64,000 nt of DNA. Origin: an uncultured Candidatus Saccharibacteria bacterium (GTDB lineage Bacteria; Patescibacteriota; WWE3; UBA101185; UBA10185). The DNA lies in NCBI GenBank assembly GCA_964643995.1, contig CAZXUJ010000001.1:337492-401491 (forward strand). Reading direction: 5' to 3'. Positions 18,792 through 28,109 of the stretch are shown piece after piece. The notes under the pieces are model-generated. The model saw nothing but the letters and a program-made list of their open reading frames with translations, made no database searches and was not told the DNA's origin. The first letter of the stretch is position 1; the number at the start of each line of letters is the position of its first letter. The position numbers were made by a program, and so were the translations under genes.

Positions 18792-19768
18792 TGTCAGAAA
18801 ATAAACACAGAAAACTAGTCTCTATTGTACTTCCTTGTTATAACGAGGAAAAAAACATAAACAGGATGTTTGATCAGATAGCGGATGTTATGAAAAATCA
18901 TGCCTACGATTACGAAATCATTGCAGTAAACGACGGTAGTAAGGACAACACATGGAATGTTATCAGTGAGTATTCAGCAAAAGATTCAAAAATAGTAGGT
19001 ATAAATCTGATGGGAAATTTTGGACAGAGCAGTGCATACATGGCTGGATTTGATAATGCCTCGGGTGACTATGTTATAACCTTTAATGCTGATTTAGAGC
19101 TTCCAACAGAAAGTTTGATCCAGGTAATAAATTACCTGGATCAAGGGTATGATTTTGTAAACGCACATAGGACAGATCGATGGAGTGCGGAAAAAGCTGC
19201 AAGACAAGTGAAAAGCGGTTATGCCAATAAAATAATTACTGCTATATCGGGAATCGATATGAAAGATCGAGGGTCAGGGCTCAAAGGTTACAAAAAATAC
19301 CTTTTACAAAATCTTAGATTGTACGGAGAAATGCACCGATTTATACCCGATTATCTCTCGGTGTATAGACCAAAAATGATCGAGTTCGAAGTTAAGTTCA
19401 AAGATCGTGACTACGGAGAATCTGCATATAAAGGCAACAAGAGAACCATTAAAGTTTTACTAGACTTGATAACATTGGCATTTATGCTTTCATTTGCACA
19501 TAAGCCATTCAAAATGATGCCAGGGAGGCTTTTTAGTTTTACGGGGGCTTTAATCTCTGGAGCCGGATTTTTAGGACTAGGGTACCTTACTATATTGAAG
19601 TTGATGGGAGAAAGTATCGGGGGGAGACCTTTGTTGATACTCTCGGCGCTGTTGGTAATAGTCGGTATTCAGTCAGTAATGATGGGCTTAATTGGCGAAC
19701 TTATGATGAGAACTTACTTTGAAGCATCCGGTAGAAAAACTTACGCAATAAGAGAAAAAACCAACTAA
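18791..19768 (+). CDS. GT2 polyprenyl-phosphate glycosyltransferase (GtrB/DPM1-like) with C-terminal TM helices
   Basis: LVSIVLPCYNEEKNI, a DGS.D motif (NDGSKDNT), and two C-terminal hydrophobic helices. Start overlaps the epimerase stop (ATGT...). Confidence 0.7.
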   Translation: MSENKHRKLVSIVLPCYNEEKNINRMFDQIADVMKNHAYDYEIIAVNDGSKDNTWNVISEYSAKDSKIVGINLMGNFGQSSAYMAGFDNASGDYVITFNADLELPTESLIQVINYLDQGYDFVNAHRTDRWSAEKAARQVKSGYANKIITAISGIDMKDRGSGLKGYKKYLLQNLRLYGEMHRFIPDYLSVYRPKMIEFEVKFKDRDYGESAYKGNKRTIKVLLDLITLAFMLSFAHKPFKMMPGRLFSFTGALISGAGFLGLGYLTILKLMGESIGGRPLLILSALLVIVGIQSVMMGLIGELMMRTYFEASGRKTYAIREKTN

Positions 19769-19776
19769 AGTCCTTG

Positions 19777-19989
19777 TTACAAAAGCTTATTTTTAAAGAA
19801 TATATAGAGAAATACTACTGAAGCTACTACTGTAACAAACAAAAGCCACAAGTAAGTAAAAGCTGGAGAATTACATTTCCAAGCCTCCTGAATATCAGGT
19901 GCGGCTTCGTGTATAGGACTGCGTAATTCTATACAGATATCTTGTTGCCACTGTGGCAATTTGTTTATGTAATTGTCTATTTTGTTCAT
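19777..19989 (-). CDS. Small membrane protein (hypothetical)
   Basis: 70 aa with a C-terminal hydrophobic helix; weak support. Confidence 0.25.
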   Translation of the reverse strand: MNKIDNYINKLPQWQQDICIELRSPIHEAAPDIQEAWKCNSPAFTYLWLLFVTVVASVVFLYIFFKNKLL

Positions 19990-20123
19990 ATCTTTTTCCT
20001 AACATCCTAAAAATCTTTACGTAAAGAAAAGGTGGTTGCCCGCAGATGTCCCTATTGAAACATTTTTTTCACTGCAATCTCCTTTTTGTTGAGTAAGCTC
20101 TTGCGAGGATATACTAAGAATAG

Positions 20124-21359
20124 CTATAGGTCACGTACAAGTTCGCGTATTGTGTGGCGATAGTCATAAAACTTGTTTCTTAGAGTTGTTTCAATAGGCA
20201 GCTCGTGATTCATGGATTCGGCAGAATCAATCCACACACGGTTTGTACCATCGATGGGAGGTTTGAGCCCCTTGTACCAATAAAAGGTGTAAAAAGATAA
20301 TACAATGTAAAATGATACTAGCATTGGGTATATATAATACTTTTTGTTTACATGTAAGTATTCATAAGTACCCAACATAAAAAATGGTAGTCCCCAGATT
20401 ATATGAGTCCTGTTGAATACAGGTGTAAAAAGGAAATAGAGTGCAAAACAAACTGCAGTGAGAATGTACTTGTCTCTGATATCTCTTTTCAGCAACAAAT
20501 ACAACGTAACCAAAGGCCCCGCAAATAAAGCCAGAGACGAGTAGAAACTAGCGAAGCGCACCTGATAAAAATTTACTCCATAATCCTGAAGATAATAAGT
20601 GATAAAAGAGAGGATTGGCCTACCTTGTATGGTACGTTCTGCGTGAACCAATAACGTCCCTTTAACATAAAAGTAGATATCCGCTATATTTGTTACAAAG
20701 GGTAAACTTATAAAAAGGAAAACACCAAATATTGCTAGTAACACTTTTCTCCAGTCCTTTGAGTGATAAATGAATATTGGAAGTAATATTATCGGGACCA
20801 GTTTTATAGATAGCGCTAGGCCGTAAAAAACTCCTGAGGCATAGTCTTTCTTGCCCAATAAATAAGTTGCCATGAAAAGAAAGAACACCTGAATTGGATC
20901 AAAGAGTGTGTACTCGTACCGTAGCAGAAAGTAGGGATTAAAAAGCCAAAATGTGGCGCAAAACAAACCCAACCATGTATTTCTATTATAAAAATAGCGC
21001 ATTAGAAACACAGCAACACCAAGATCAGCAAGAAGCGTGGGAATTTTCCAAAAAGCTGCCAACGTCAGCTCATTGGGCACAAATTCATTAAACTGCCAAA
21101 GAAAAGTTAAAATGTATAGCAGGGTTGGGAAATATGCGTAACCATGGTCTAGAGATGCGACTCTGAACGAAGATACAGTGTAAATGTATGGATTAACCCC
21201 CACAAGGAATTCTTCAACTGCACGGGTATAAATGTAGTGATCACCACCCTCATGATCAAAGATGTAGAGTCTTAAAATTGTGCTTACAAAAAGCAATGCA
21301 AAGAAAGCAACAAGTGGCAGAGATTTAAGAGACAAATTTTTTCTGAACCAATTTAACAT
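20124..21359 (-). CDS. Polytopic membrane protein, possibly a GT-C-like glycosyltransferase (DUF2029/GT87-like)
   Basis: About 11 predicted TM helices rich in aromatics, adjacent to sugar-modifying genes. The family call is an inference. Confidence 0.45.
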   Translation of the reverse strand: MLNWFRKNLSLKSLPLVAFFALLFVSTILRLYIFDHEGGDHYIYTRAVEEFLVGVNPYIYTVSSFRVASLDHGYAYFPTLLYILTFLWQFNEFVPNELTLAAFWKIPTLLADLGVAVFLMRYFYNRNTWLGLFCATFWLFNPYFLLRYEYTLFDPIQVFFLFMATYLLGKKDYASGVFYGLALSIKLVPIILLPIFIYHSKDWRKVLLAIFGVFLFISLPFVTNIADIYFYVKGTLLVHAERTIQGRPILSFITYYLQDYGVNFYQVRFASFYSSLALFAGPLVTLYLLLKRDIRDKYILTAVCFALYFLFTPVFNRTHIIWGLPFFMLGTYEYLHVNKKYYIYPMLVSFYIVLSFYTFYWYKGLKPPIDGTNRVWIDSAESMNHELPIETTLRNKFYDYRHTIRELVRDL

Positions 21360-21508
21360 GGCAATTTAATTGTATCTTATTGATATAATTTACCAATGGC
21401 AGCTCCAATCACACACATAGTTTTAACGAAGATAGACTCTATTGAGAATAGATAAAAATAGAGTGCCCCGCATTGACTATTGTGCTAGGATGCAGTTAGT
21501 ATTTAATT

Positions 21509-21796
21509 GTGCCCGCTAGAATGTATATGGAAAGTAAAATTATAACCTTTGACCCTGAACTTAAGCATCGTATATTAAAAGCCTTGGGGAAAACTGTAGA
21601 CTCTGAGGGCTTCATTGTGCAAGCGTCAGATGAAACCAACAGGGTATTAGACATATATGGAGAAGAAGTAAAGGTCGCTGAATTTGGTGGATACAAAGAG
21701 GGTTCCGAGCTGTTTGTGAAATCAGACATAAGTGCCCTAATTAAGTTCTATGAGGGGCATTTAAGAGGTCCAAATGTCTCTGGCAGACTTTCTTAA
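21509..21796 (+). CDS. Hypothetical protein
   Basis: 95-aa ORF with no motif recognised. Confidence 0.3.
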   Translation: MPARMYMESKIITFDPELKHRILKALGKTVDSEGFIVQASDETNRVLDIYGEEVKVAEFGGYKEGSELFVKSDISALIKFYEGHLRGPNVSGRLS

Positions 21797-22574
21797 ATCG
21801 TTTGAAGCAATCATTAAGTTTGATAACAGCAACGCACGAAATTTCCGGGATATAAAGTTTTTTAATTTCACCAAAAACGAAACAAACATCACAAATAATG
21901 TCCTGAATTTTAATCCAAAGGATATGTCTGATCAGGAACTAAGTCAGTTCTTGTTGAAAGCCAAAGAGAATGGTTTTACAATAGCCCCTGCAGATACAAA
22001 GTTGTTAAGTCTATCTGAGACATATGAAAGCGATTCTTTTAAAGAAGACGTTTTATGGTTTCAGGGAAAAATACCACAAGCAGATTTAGAGACTCTTAAA
22101 TCAGCCTTTTTTCTAAAGCAAAAACTCGTAAATGATGAGCCCACTGCGGAAATGAAGGAAGGTATTAGAAATAGATTTGGGGCAAGAGGCTCAACAATTT
22201 GCAACCTTTTTAGTGCCCAGTACTTCAAGGAGCTTATCAAACCCTTGTACGAGGCATGTGAAATAGATACAACTTTGGGTAGAAAAACGTTTGATTTGTA
22301 CTACGAGACATTAATAGAGGATTTCCCTGAGGCATTATTCATTTCTACATGGGAGCCCGAAGGAGCTGTGAAGGGTAAGGTTCTTTCCAAAATGGCGTAT
22401 AACAAAAACTATGGAATCTATAAGTTACATCTTCACACAGTAGGTAAAACTAATATTAAGAAAGTACTTTCGGTCGCAAAGTCAATCTGTGAAGAAACTC
22501 CTGAGTTTGAATTTAAAATTACGGATGATAAAGGCCACTACATTAGGCTTACGATGTTTTATAAGCAGAGTTAA
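21774..22574 (+). CDS. Hypothetical protein
   Basis: 266-aa ORF at the left edge of the accessory island; no family recognised. Confidence 0.4.
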   Translation: MSLADFLKSFEAIIKFDNSNARNFRDIKFFNFTKNETNITNNVLNFNPKDMSDQELSQFLLKAKENGFTIAPADTKLLSLSETYESDSFKEDVLWFQGKIPQADLETLKSAFFLKQKLVNDEPTAEMKEGIRNRFGARGSTICNLFSAQYFKELIKPLYEACEIDTTLGRKTFDLYYETLIEDFPEALFISTWEPEGAVKGKVLSKMAYNKNYGIYKLHLHTVGKTNIKKVLSVAKSICEETPEFEFKITDDKGHYIRLTMFYKQS

Positions 22575-22895
22575 CTTACTCTTAGCAGACCCACCTACTT
22601 GGCGTGTAAAATCCAATAATGGTTATACAAGACAAAAAACCCGAAAGGTAATAAACCTACGCCAAAAAGCAAAAGCAGGTAGGGCAGTAGTGAAAGACAC
22701 AATTTGCAGATATATATTCTTGAACATAAAACTCGGAGTTGATGAAGTGCTGTCGTACCAGTTAAAAGAGCCATTTGATACATTACTGAAAAGTAAAGAT
22801 ATACATTCTGGTCGAGCAGTACGGTCATGGAATTTTATATTCTCTAGGCTAGAAATGAGACAAAGGAGACAGTATAAAAAAGGGAGTGTTTTTTT

Positions 22896-23480
22896 TTATC
22901 TTGTAGCATTATTGTGCTCCTGTATTACTTCAAGGAATTTTGTTCCCTCTATTATTAGTACGTTTTTAAAGTTTCCTTCTAGCTTTCCGACCTGCTTAAG
23001 ATAATTAAAGTACCTCTTTAACCTATAGAATAGTTGGTATTTGTCCCCTCCGATTGGTAGCACTATTCCTATCTTTCCCATTACAGATGCATTTAATATA
23101 TCGCCAAAAGCACGTTTTGAATCTTTAGTGTTTTCTATTTCTATTGCAATAAAACACCTCGGATTTTTATTTAGGACACTCATAAAATCTTGAAAGCTCA
23201 TGTACTCATGTCCCTCAGCAACATGCGAAACACTATATAATTTTTCTAACAGATCTTTATGAATTTCGACCATTCTCTCAAATTTGTTGTTATTTACTGC
23301 AAGATTTTTGTCTATATTGAAAGGACCTAATGCAATATCCACCCTTGGTGCATAATAATCCCTACTATTAAAGTCATCTAAGCTGTTTTTTGCAGCATTC
23401 CATTCTTTCACAACACTATCCGGTGCATGTATTTTTTTGAGCTCTCCAAGTATTTTATCTGTGTATTCCTTTGTTTTCAT
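22896..23480 (-). CDS. Hypothetical protein with PD-(D/E)xK-like motif, last gene of the defence operon
   Basis: Start is 7 nt downstream of the helicase stop and in the same orientation. RVDIALGPF ... CFIAIEIENTK resembles the D...ExK nuclease core; this is an inference. Confidence 0.45.
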   Translation of the reverse strand: MKTKEYTDKILGELKKIHAPDSVVKEWNAAKNSLDDFNSRDYYAPRVDIALGPFNIDKNLAVNNNKFERMVEIHKDLLEKLYSVSHVAEGHEYMSFQDFMSVLNKNPRCFIAIEIENTKDSKRAFGDILNASVMGKIGIVLPIGGDKYQLFYRLKRYFNYLKQVGKLEGNFKNVLIIEGTKFLEVIQEHNNATR

Positions 23481-23487
23481 AAAACGT

Positions 23488-26034
23488 TTATCTTATTAGA
23501 AGCTTCGAAATTTCCATATATGCAATACTGTCTGGATCGATACTTTCTACTATAGATTTTATATTGATACTTATCTGTTGGTTTTCATCTAAGGATATTA
23601 GGTCGAAAAAATTTTTAAAAATATATTGCGCAGTATATCTAGATAATCCTAAATCCTGCAAAGCAATAATAAACATATTTGTGGTTCCATACTCTATATA
23701 TTTTGCCCAATTAGGACCTGCTTTGTCTTCACCAACAATGTAAGACAATGTTTGATGATAATGGTTGAAGTATTTTTCTAGCGTAAATCTAAGAATGTCT
23801 TCTATGTCGTTAAGAACACCAATTATTATACTGTTTATGTGTTGTTCGTTATTTTTGTCGAATACCCCTACTGGTTGGCCATATTCGTACATGGTTTTTT
23901 CGTTTTCAGAATACCATTTTATTGTGTTTAGAATAATTCTGTTTATGTTTGCTCCTCCTATCCATTGGTTCATTAGTGCCCCGTAGTAGGTTAATTTGTT
24001 ACTATTATCAAAGTTTTTTTCGATATGTTCCAATTGGTATAAGTCATTAAGGTACTTAAGTACATTCATACAAATTGGGTAGTTGATACTTGTTTCTGGA
24101 AGCGTTACAGGGTTACTCTTTATTGTAGTATAAACTTTGTTTTGTATATCAACATCTATCCACTCGTTTGCGCCCAAAATAGTGTATGGTACAACAATAT
24201 CTTTAACCTTTTCTTCTGCGATAGTCAGTATTTTAGATGAGTTATATGTTTTGATTTTATTGAGGGTGTAACTACTTGTTTCTCTCTTAGTTCCTATGGT
24301 GTCTACGCATATTATGTTGCTTATATACTTAATCTGTTCTTTTTCAGATTGCGTGCCGGATATTGGATTACCCTCAAGAACTTTAGTTAGCTTTATTCTA
24401 TTCCTTTCGAGTTTATCAGTTATAGTAGGTTCAACGTTTATATCTTTGGAGGGTGGTTTTTCTAATGATGTATCTTTTTCATTTTGTATGTAGAAAACAT
24501 TACCAATTAATTCTATATTGGTTCTACCAGCTCTTCCAGACAGATTCCAGAAATCTAGTTCATCCAGTTTAGCCAGGCCTTTTTTATTAGATAGAATGAA
24601 AAGATTAGTTGTTGGCAAATTTATACCTTCAAGTAATGTTGACGTAGTGAACATGTACCTAATTTCATTTTGTTTGTATAAATCTTCTATTATTAATCTA
24701 ATCTCTTGAGGTAGTTTTCCATAATGGAAGGCTATACCTAAAGACAAGAATTTTGCTAAGTAATAATCTTTATGAATATATCCTTTTATCTTATCTATTG
24801 CAGATTTTAGTTTTGGACTTGGTTCTACTTTTTCTACACGGCTAACGTACTCCGCCAGTTTCTTTGCATTTTCAACAACAGAGGCTACGGAATGACAGTA
24901 AACTAAACTATTTGAATATTGTCCTATTTTATGTACTAGTTCAATATAGTTGGTTGCAAAGTCATTCAGATTGTCACTAATGCACCTAAACTCCCCCTGC
25001 ATATTTTGATATATTATGTTTTCTTTGAAGTTGATTTTAAAGACATACTGCGAAACCGTGTTTTCATCAATACTAAAAGACTTGCCTTTGTTTTTTGAAA
25101 ATAATTCTAAATAGACATCTGGGTTTTTTACAAAAGGTGATGCAAAGTATAGATTTATTGCTGGAAATCTGTTTATAGCTTTTTCAATTGCTCTAAATGT
25201 AACTATACTCCGCACATCGTTCTTTGTTGTGATCTTATGTGCTTCGTCAACAAAAAGAAAACCCAATGGGGGGTTATTTTCTTTGTTAGCTAAATACCTA
25301 ATTAATCTCTCAGGAGTTAGTACGAGTAACAGATTTGAGTCTTCCTGAGTATTTATGATGGAACTTACACTTACCTTATAATTGAAGCGTTTTAATTCTT
25401 CTCCTAGTGAGGCATTTATATCTTCAACGTACTGATTTATTAGAGCTTTTGTAGGTACCAATGCCACTATGTTTTCTTTAGGTGCATTATGTAACACATG
25501 CCGTATAAAGTTCTTGATTAAAAAAGATTTACCAATTGATGTTGGACCAGAAAAACTAAACATCTTATTGGTAGTTAGCATGTTGTAAATTTTTAACTGA
25601 GTATCTGTAAAATATAAAGATTCTGTGTTAGGTACTGTATTACGAAGTTTCTTATAAGTTTCGTAAATCTCTCTTTCAAGTGGTACTTTTGTGTAATTAT
25701 CTTTTTCTCTTCCTAGTACATTTTTTGCAGGGAAGTTACCTAAGTTCGTAAATGTATTATATATACTTGTATTATGAAATGGATCATTTGAGAGCCTATT
25801 AACAGTAGCGACAATATTTAGCGCAATGTTCCTAAATTGGGATTCTTGAGTTAGAGATAATATATAGGCGCATCTCAACAGAAAGTCAAAATCTAGTTCC
25901 AAGTCACTCACTGATAGTTTTTCCAACTCAAACAGCTTCGAACTATATAGTAATTGCATTTGTTCATAGGCGTTTGTAAATTGCTCACTATTAACAAGCT
26001 CATTGGCCAATTTTTCTGCAACAGTCTTACTCAT
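23488..26034 (-). CDS. SF2 DEAH-box helicase, HamB-like (Hachiman helicase component)
   Basis: Motif I FSGPTSIGKS, motif II LGFLFVDEAHKI, motif VI NLSGRAGRTN, and a C-terminal extension of about 330 aa. Start codon overlaps the stop of the upstream 306-aa gene. Confidence 0.65.
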   Translation of the reverse strand: MSKTVAEKLANELVNSEQFTNAYEQMQLLYSSKLFELEKLSVSDLELDFDFLLRCAYILSLTQESQFRNIALNIVATVNRLSNDPFHNTSIYNTFTNLGNFPAKNVLGREKDNYTKVPLEREIYETYKKLRNTVPNTESLYFTDTQLKIYNMLTTNKMFSFSGPTSIGKSFLIKNFIRHVLHNAPKENIVALVPTKALINQYVEDINASLGEELKRFNYKVSVSSIINTQEDSNLLLVLTPERLIRYLANKENNPPLGFLFVDEAHKITTKNDVRSIVTFRAIEKAINRFPAINLYFASPFVKNPDVYLELFSKNKGKSFSIDENTVSQYVFKINFKENIIYQNMQGEFRCISDNLNDFATNYIELVHKIGQYSNSLVYCHSVASVVENAKKLAEYVSRVEKVEPSPKLKSAIDKIKGYIHKDYYLAKFLSLGIAFHYGKLPQEIRLIIEDLYKQNEIRYMFTTSTLLEGINLPTTNLFILSNKKGLAKLDELDFWNLSGRAGRTNIELIGNVFYIQNEKDTSLEKPPSKDINVEPTITDKLERNRIKLTKVLEGNPISGTQSEKEQIKYISNIICVDTIGTKRETSSYTLNKIKTYNSSKILTIAEEKVKDIVVPYTILGANEWIDVDIQNKVYTTIKSNPVTLPETSINYPICMNVLKYLNDLYQLEHIEKNFDNSNKLTYYGALMNQWIGGANINRIILNTIKWYSENEKTMYEYGQPVGVFDKNNEQHINSIIIGVLNDIEDILRFTLEKYFNHYHQTLSYIVGEDKAGPNWAKYIEYGTTNMFIIALQDLGLSRYTAQYIFKNFFDLISLDENQQISINIKSIVESIDPDSIAYMEISKLLIR

Positions 26035-26954
26035 TACTTAATTTTCCTTATTAATTCTTTTCTTGTATTAGAAATATCCGATAAAGGAATTATGTACAAA
26101 TAAACATTATGAAAGTTTAGCTCTTTATCCTCTAATGCCTTTGCTATAGTTTCTTTTTTTGACAATACTTCATTTTTAATCTGTTCTCTAAGTGCTACAG
26201 TAAATTCCATAGTTCCTTTGGCTTGCATCTCCTCGTCAAAATCTACATTAAACCCTAGTAAAATGCCGAATGCATCATCTGTTGGTATGTTATCTTTTGA
26301 TAATGCGGGAAAGAGTATTCGTTTAACTATTTTGTATTCATTTTCGCTAAGGCACTCTTTTATAAGGTTGGCATTTATTAGCCCTCGTTCATATGAAATT
26401 TTTCCCTCGGACTTTAACAGTTTTATAGACTTTACAGCCTCACTAATTCCACTTACTAGAGACTTGTGCACTTTTGATTCTCCGTAGATAAGCTGGTATT
26501 CCTCCTCCGATATTTTTAATAGATGAATACCATCAGAGCCTTTTACATAATCATTACCGGCTGTTTTTAATTCTAATTTAGAGATAATTTTAGGCGCCTC
26601 TAAATGACTTTCTAAAAAGCAATATAGGAGTAATTCTCCTAGTTCCCCATCATTAGATGCAGCTTTTCGCAGCTTTTCCTTTGCTCTATCATTTAGTTCC
26701 CCAAACCTTCCCTCTTTTACAAAGTTTTCAATTTCTTTTCTAGAAAGTGCATAATTGATCAGATTATTTGATAGCTCTGGTATCAAGGTGTCGTAGTCGA
26801 ATCTACTATTTCTTGTTTTCAAGATAAATAGGTCCAGTTTCTTATTGTCAGTAAGTTGGATCCCTTGTAATTCATGATAAAACAAGTTTAAGAACTCTTT
26901 ACTTGACCGGATCGACTTATTTATAGGATTTGTACCCATAGTTGCATTATACAT
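26034..26954 (-). CDS. HamA-like protein (putative DUF1837-type effector with D...ExK motif)
   Basis: 306 aa, immediately upstream of and translationally coupled to the helicase, in the classic Hachiman two-gene architecture. GSDGIHLL ... IYGESKVHK gives a D141 / E159-x-K161 PD-(D/E)xK-like arrangement. The domain call is an inference. Confidence 0.45.
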   Translation of the reverse strand: MYNATMGTNPINKSIRSSKEFLNLFYHELQGIQLTDNKKLDLFILKTRNSRFDYDTLIPELSNNLINYALSRKEIENFVKEGRFGELNDRAKEKLRKAASNDGELGELLLYCFLESHLEAPKIISKLELKTAGNDYVKGSDGIHLLKISEEEYQLIYGESKVHKSLVSGISEAVKSIKLLKSEGKISYERGLINANLIKECLSENEYKIVKRILFPALSKDNIPTDDAFGILLGFNVDFDEEMQAKGTMEFTVALREQIKNEVLSKKETIAKALEDKELNFHNVYLYIIPLSDISNTRKELIRKIK

Positions 26955-26988
26955 CCAATTAGTGGCTGTATTGAGGTATATTTTAGTG

Positions 26989-28107
26989 CTACTGTGCTTT
27001 TATAAGCATAGTTAGTTTCTCTTCTGTTTCATAACATCTTAATCTGCCACTCAAATATCCAACCCTATAACTAATACCATCGCTCATTAATCTCCAATTT
27101 GTATCCTCAAGGGTTTTGTTCAGAAGTTTTTTAAGCTGTTGTTTGCTGTCATATTCTTCTCTGTCTGATTTTTCATCTTGGGTAATAAAAGGTACAACAG
27201 CGTATTTACCTAATTCTGGCTTCTCAAATTGAAGTTCAATATAGCCTTCTTTTTCCAATGCCTCTTTAACAAGCTTGTTAAGCTCCACGACTTTTAGTTT
27301 TTTAAGGCTCATGGCTTTTTTATAAGCTGGATCTTCCTTCTTTTCTTTGTCTTTTTTTATATCGCTCATAAGATTAGAGAGATTTTCTGACCATAGTACA
27401 GCTTCATTACCTTCCTTTTCATTAAAACAAAATTCTTTTCTAAACTTTTTAAGTAATTCTTTATCTTTTGCTTCCTCTTTTTCCCGTTCTTCTCTCCATT
27501 TTTTATGATCATCAACTTTAACCTCTTTGTAATCGCAACCTGTGCATTTATGTGTCCAAGTAGTTTTATCTTTGTTATCGTCAATCTTTATTGAAACATC
27601 TATCTCAGAGCCACATTTTTCACATAATGTTGGGTTGCTTTCCCAAACTTCTCCATCATCATAATAGGCTTCTCTTTTGTGACATCTTGGGCATTCATAC
27701 ATAAACAAGACTCTAAAATTACTATCTAAACCTCTTTCCCAAGAGTCTTTGCTTATAACATCAAGCAAAACGTCACAGTCTTTGCAGTAGTATTCTCCTG
27801 AATCTGCATTATCATAAGTTTCTTGTTTTGTTCTATCTTTCTCCATCCATTCATTTATTGTTTTTTTCTTGCTTTTAAATCTTGTAACTTTAATTGAATA
27901 CAAGGTCATGTTTATTAAGCGTAACCAGTCATTTTTACGTTTTTCTTCAGAAATATTTTCTTTGTTTGGTAATTTCATTGCTTCGGGTAGCTTTTTGTAA
28001 AGGGCTTGGTAGTAGTCGAGGCATTCTTTGATTGTTACAAGGTCATGGAGATCGATATAGTATTGTTCTGGTTTGATAAATGTTTCAGATTCTAGTTTTT
28101 TTGCCAT
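26989..28107 (-). CDS. Double zinc-ribbon (4x CxxC) protein with Lys/Glu-rich coiled coil, unknown function
   Basis: CKDC, CPRC, CEKCG and CTGC pairs at residues about 108-190 form two C4 ribbons, followed by a KE-rich helix and a C-terminal domain. Start lies 2 nt after the hsdR stop. Confidence 0.5.
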   Translation of the reverse strand: MAKKLESETFIKPEQYYIDLHDLVTIKECLDYYQALYKKLPEAMKLPNKENISEEKRKNDWLRLINMTLYSIKVTRFKSKKKTINEWMEKDRTKQETYDNADSGEYYCKDCDVLLDVISKDSWERGLDSNFRVLFMYECPRCHKREAYYDDGEVWESNPTLCEKCGSEIDVSIKIDDNKDKTTWTHKCTGCDYKEVKVDDHKKWREEREKEEAKDKELLKKFRKEFCFNEKEGNEAVLWSENLSNLMSDIKKDKEKKEDPAYKKAMSLKKLKVVELNKLVKEALEKEGYIELQFEKPELGKYAVVPFITQDEKSDREEYDSKQQLKKLLNKTLEDTNWRLMSDGISYRVGYLSGRLRCYETEEKLTMLIKAQ

Positions 28108-28109
28108 AC

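Noticed and set aside
22489-23004. 171-aa plus-strand ORF and a 77-aa minus-strand ORF (22595-22828) in the gap between the 266-aa gene and the defence operon
   Set aside because: They overlap each other and the 3' end of the preceding gene. The translations are low-complexity (Arg/Lys/Leu-rich) with no motif. They are more likely non-coding intergenic or terminator space at the island edge.
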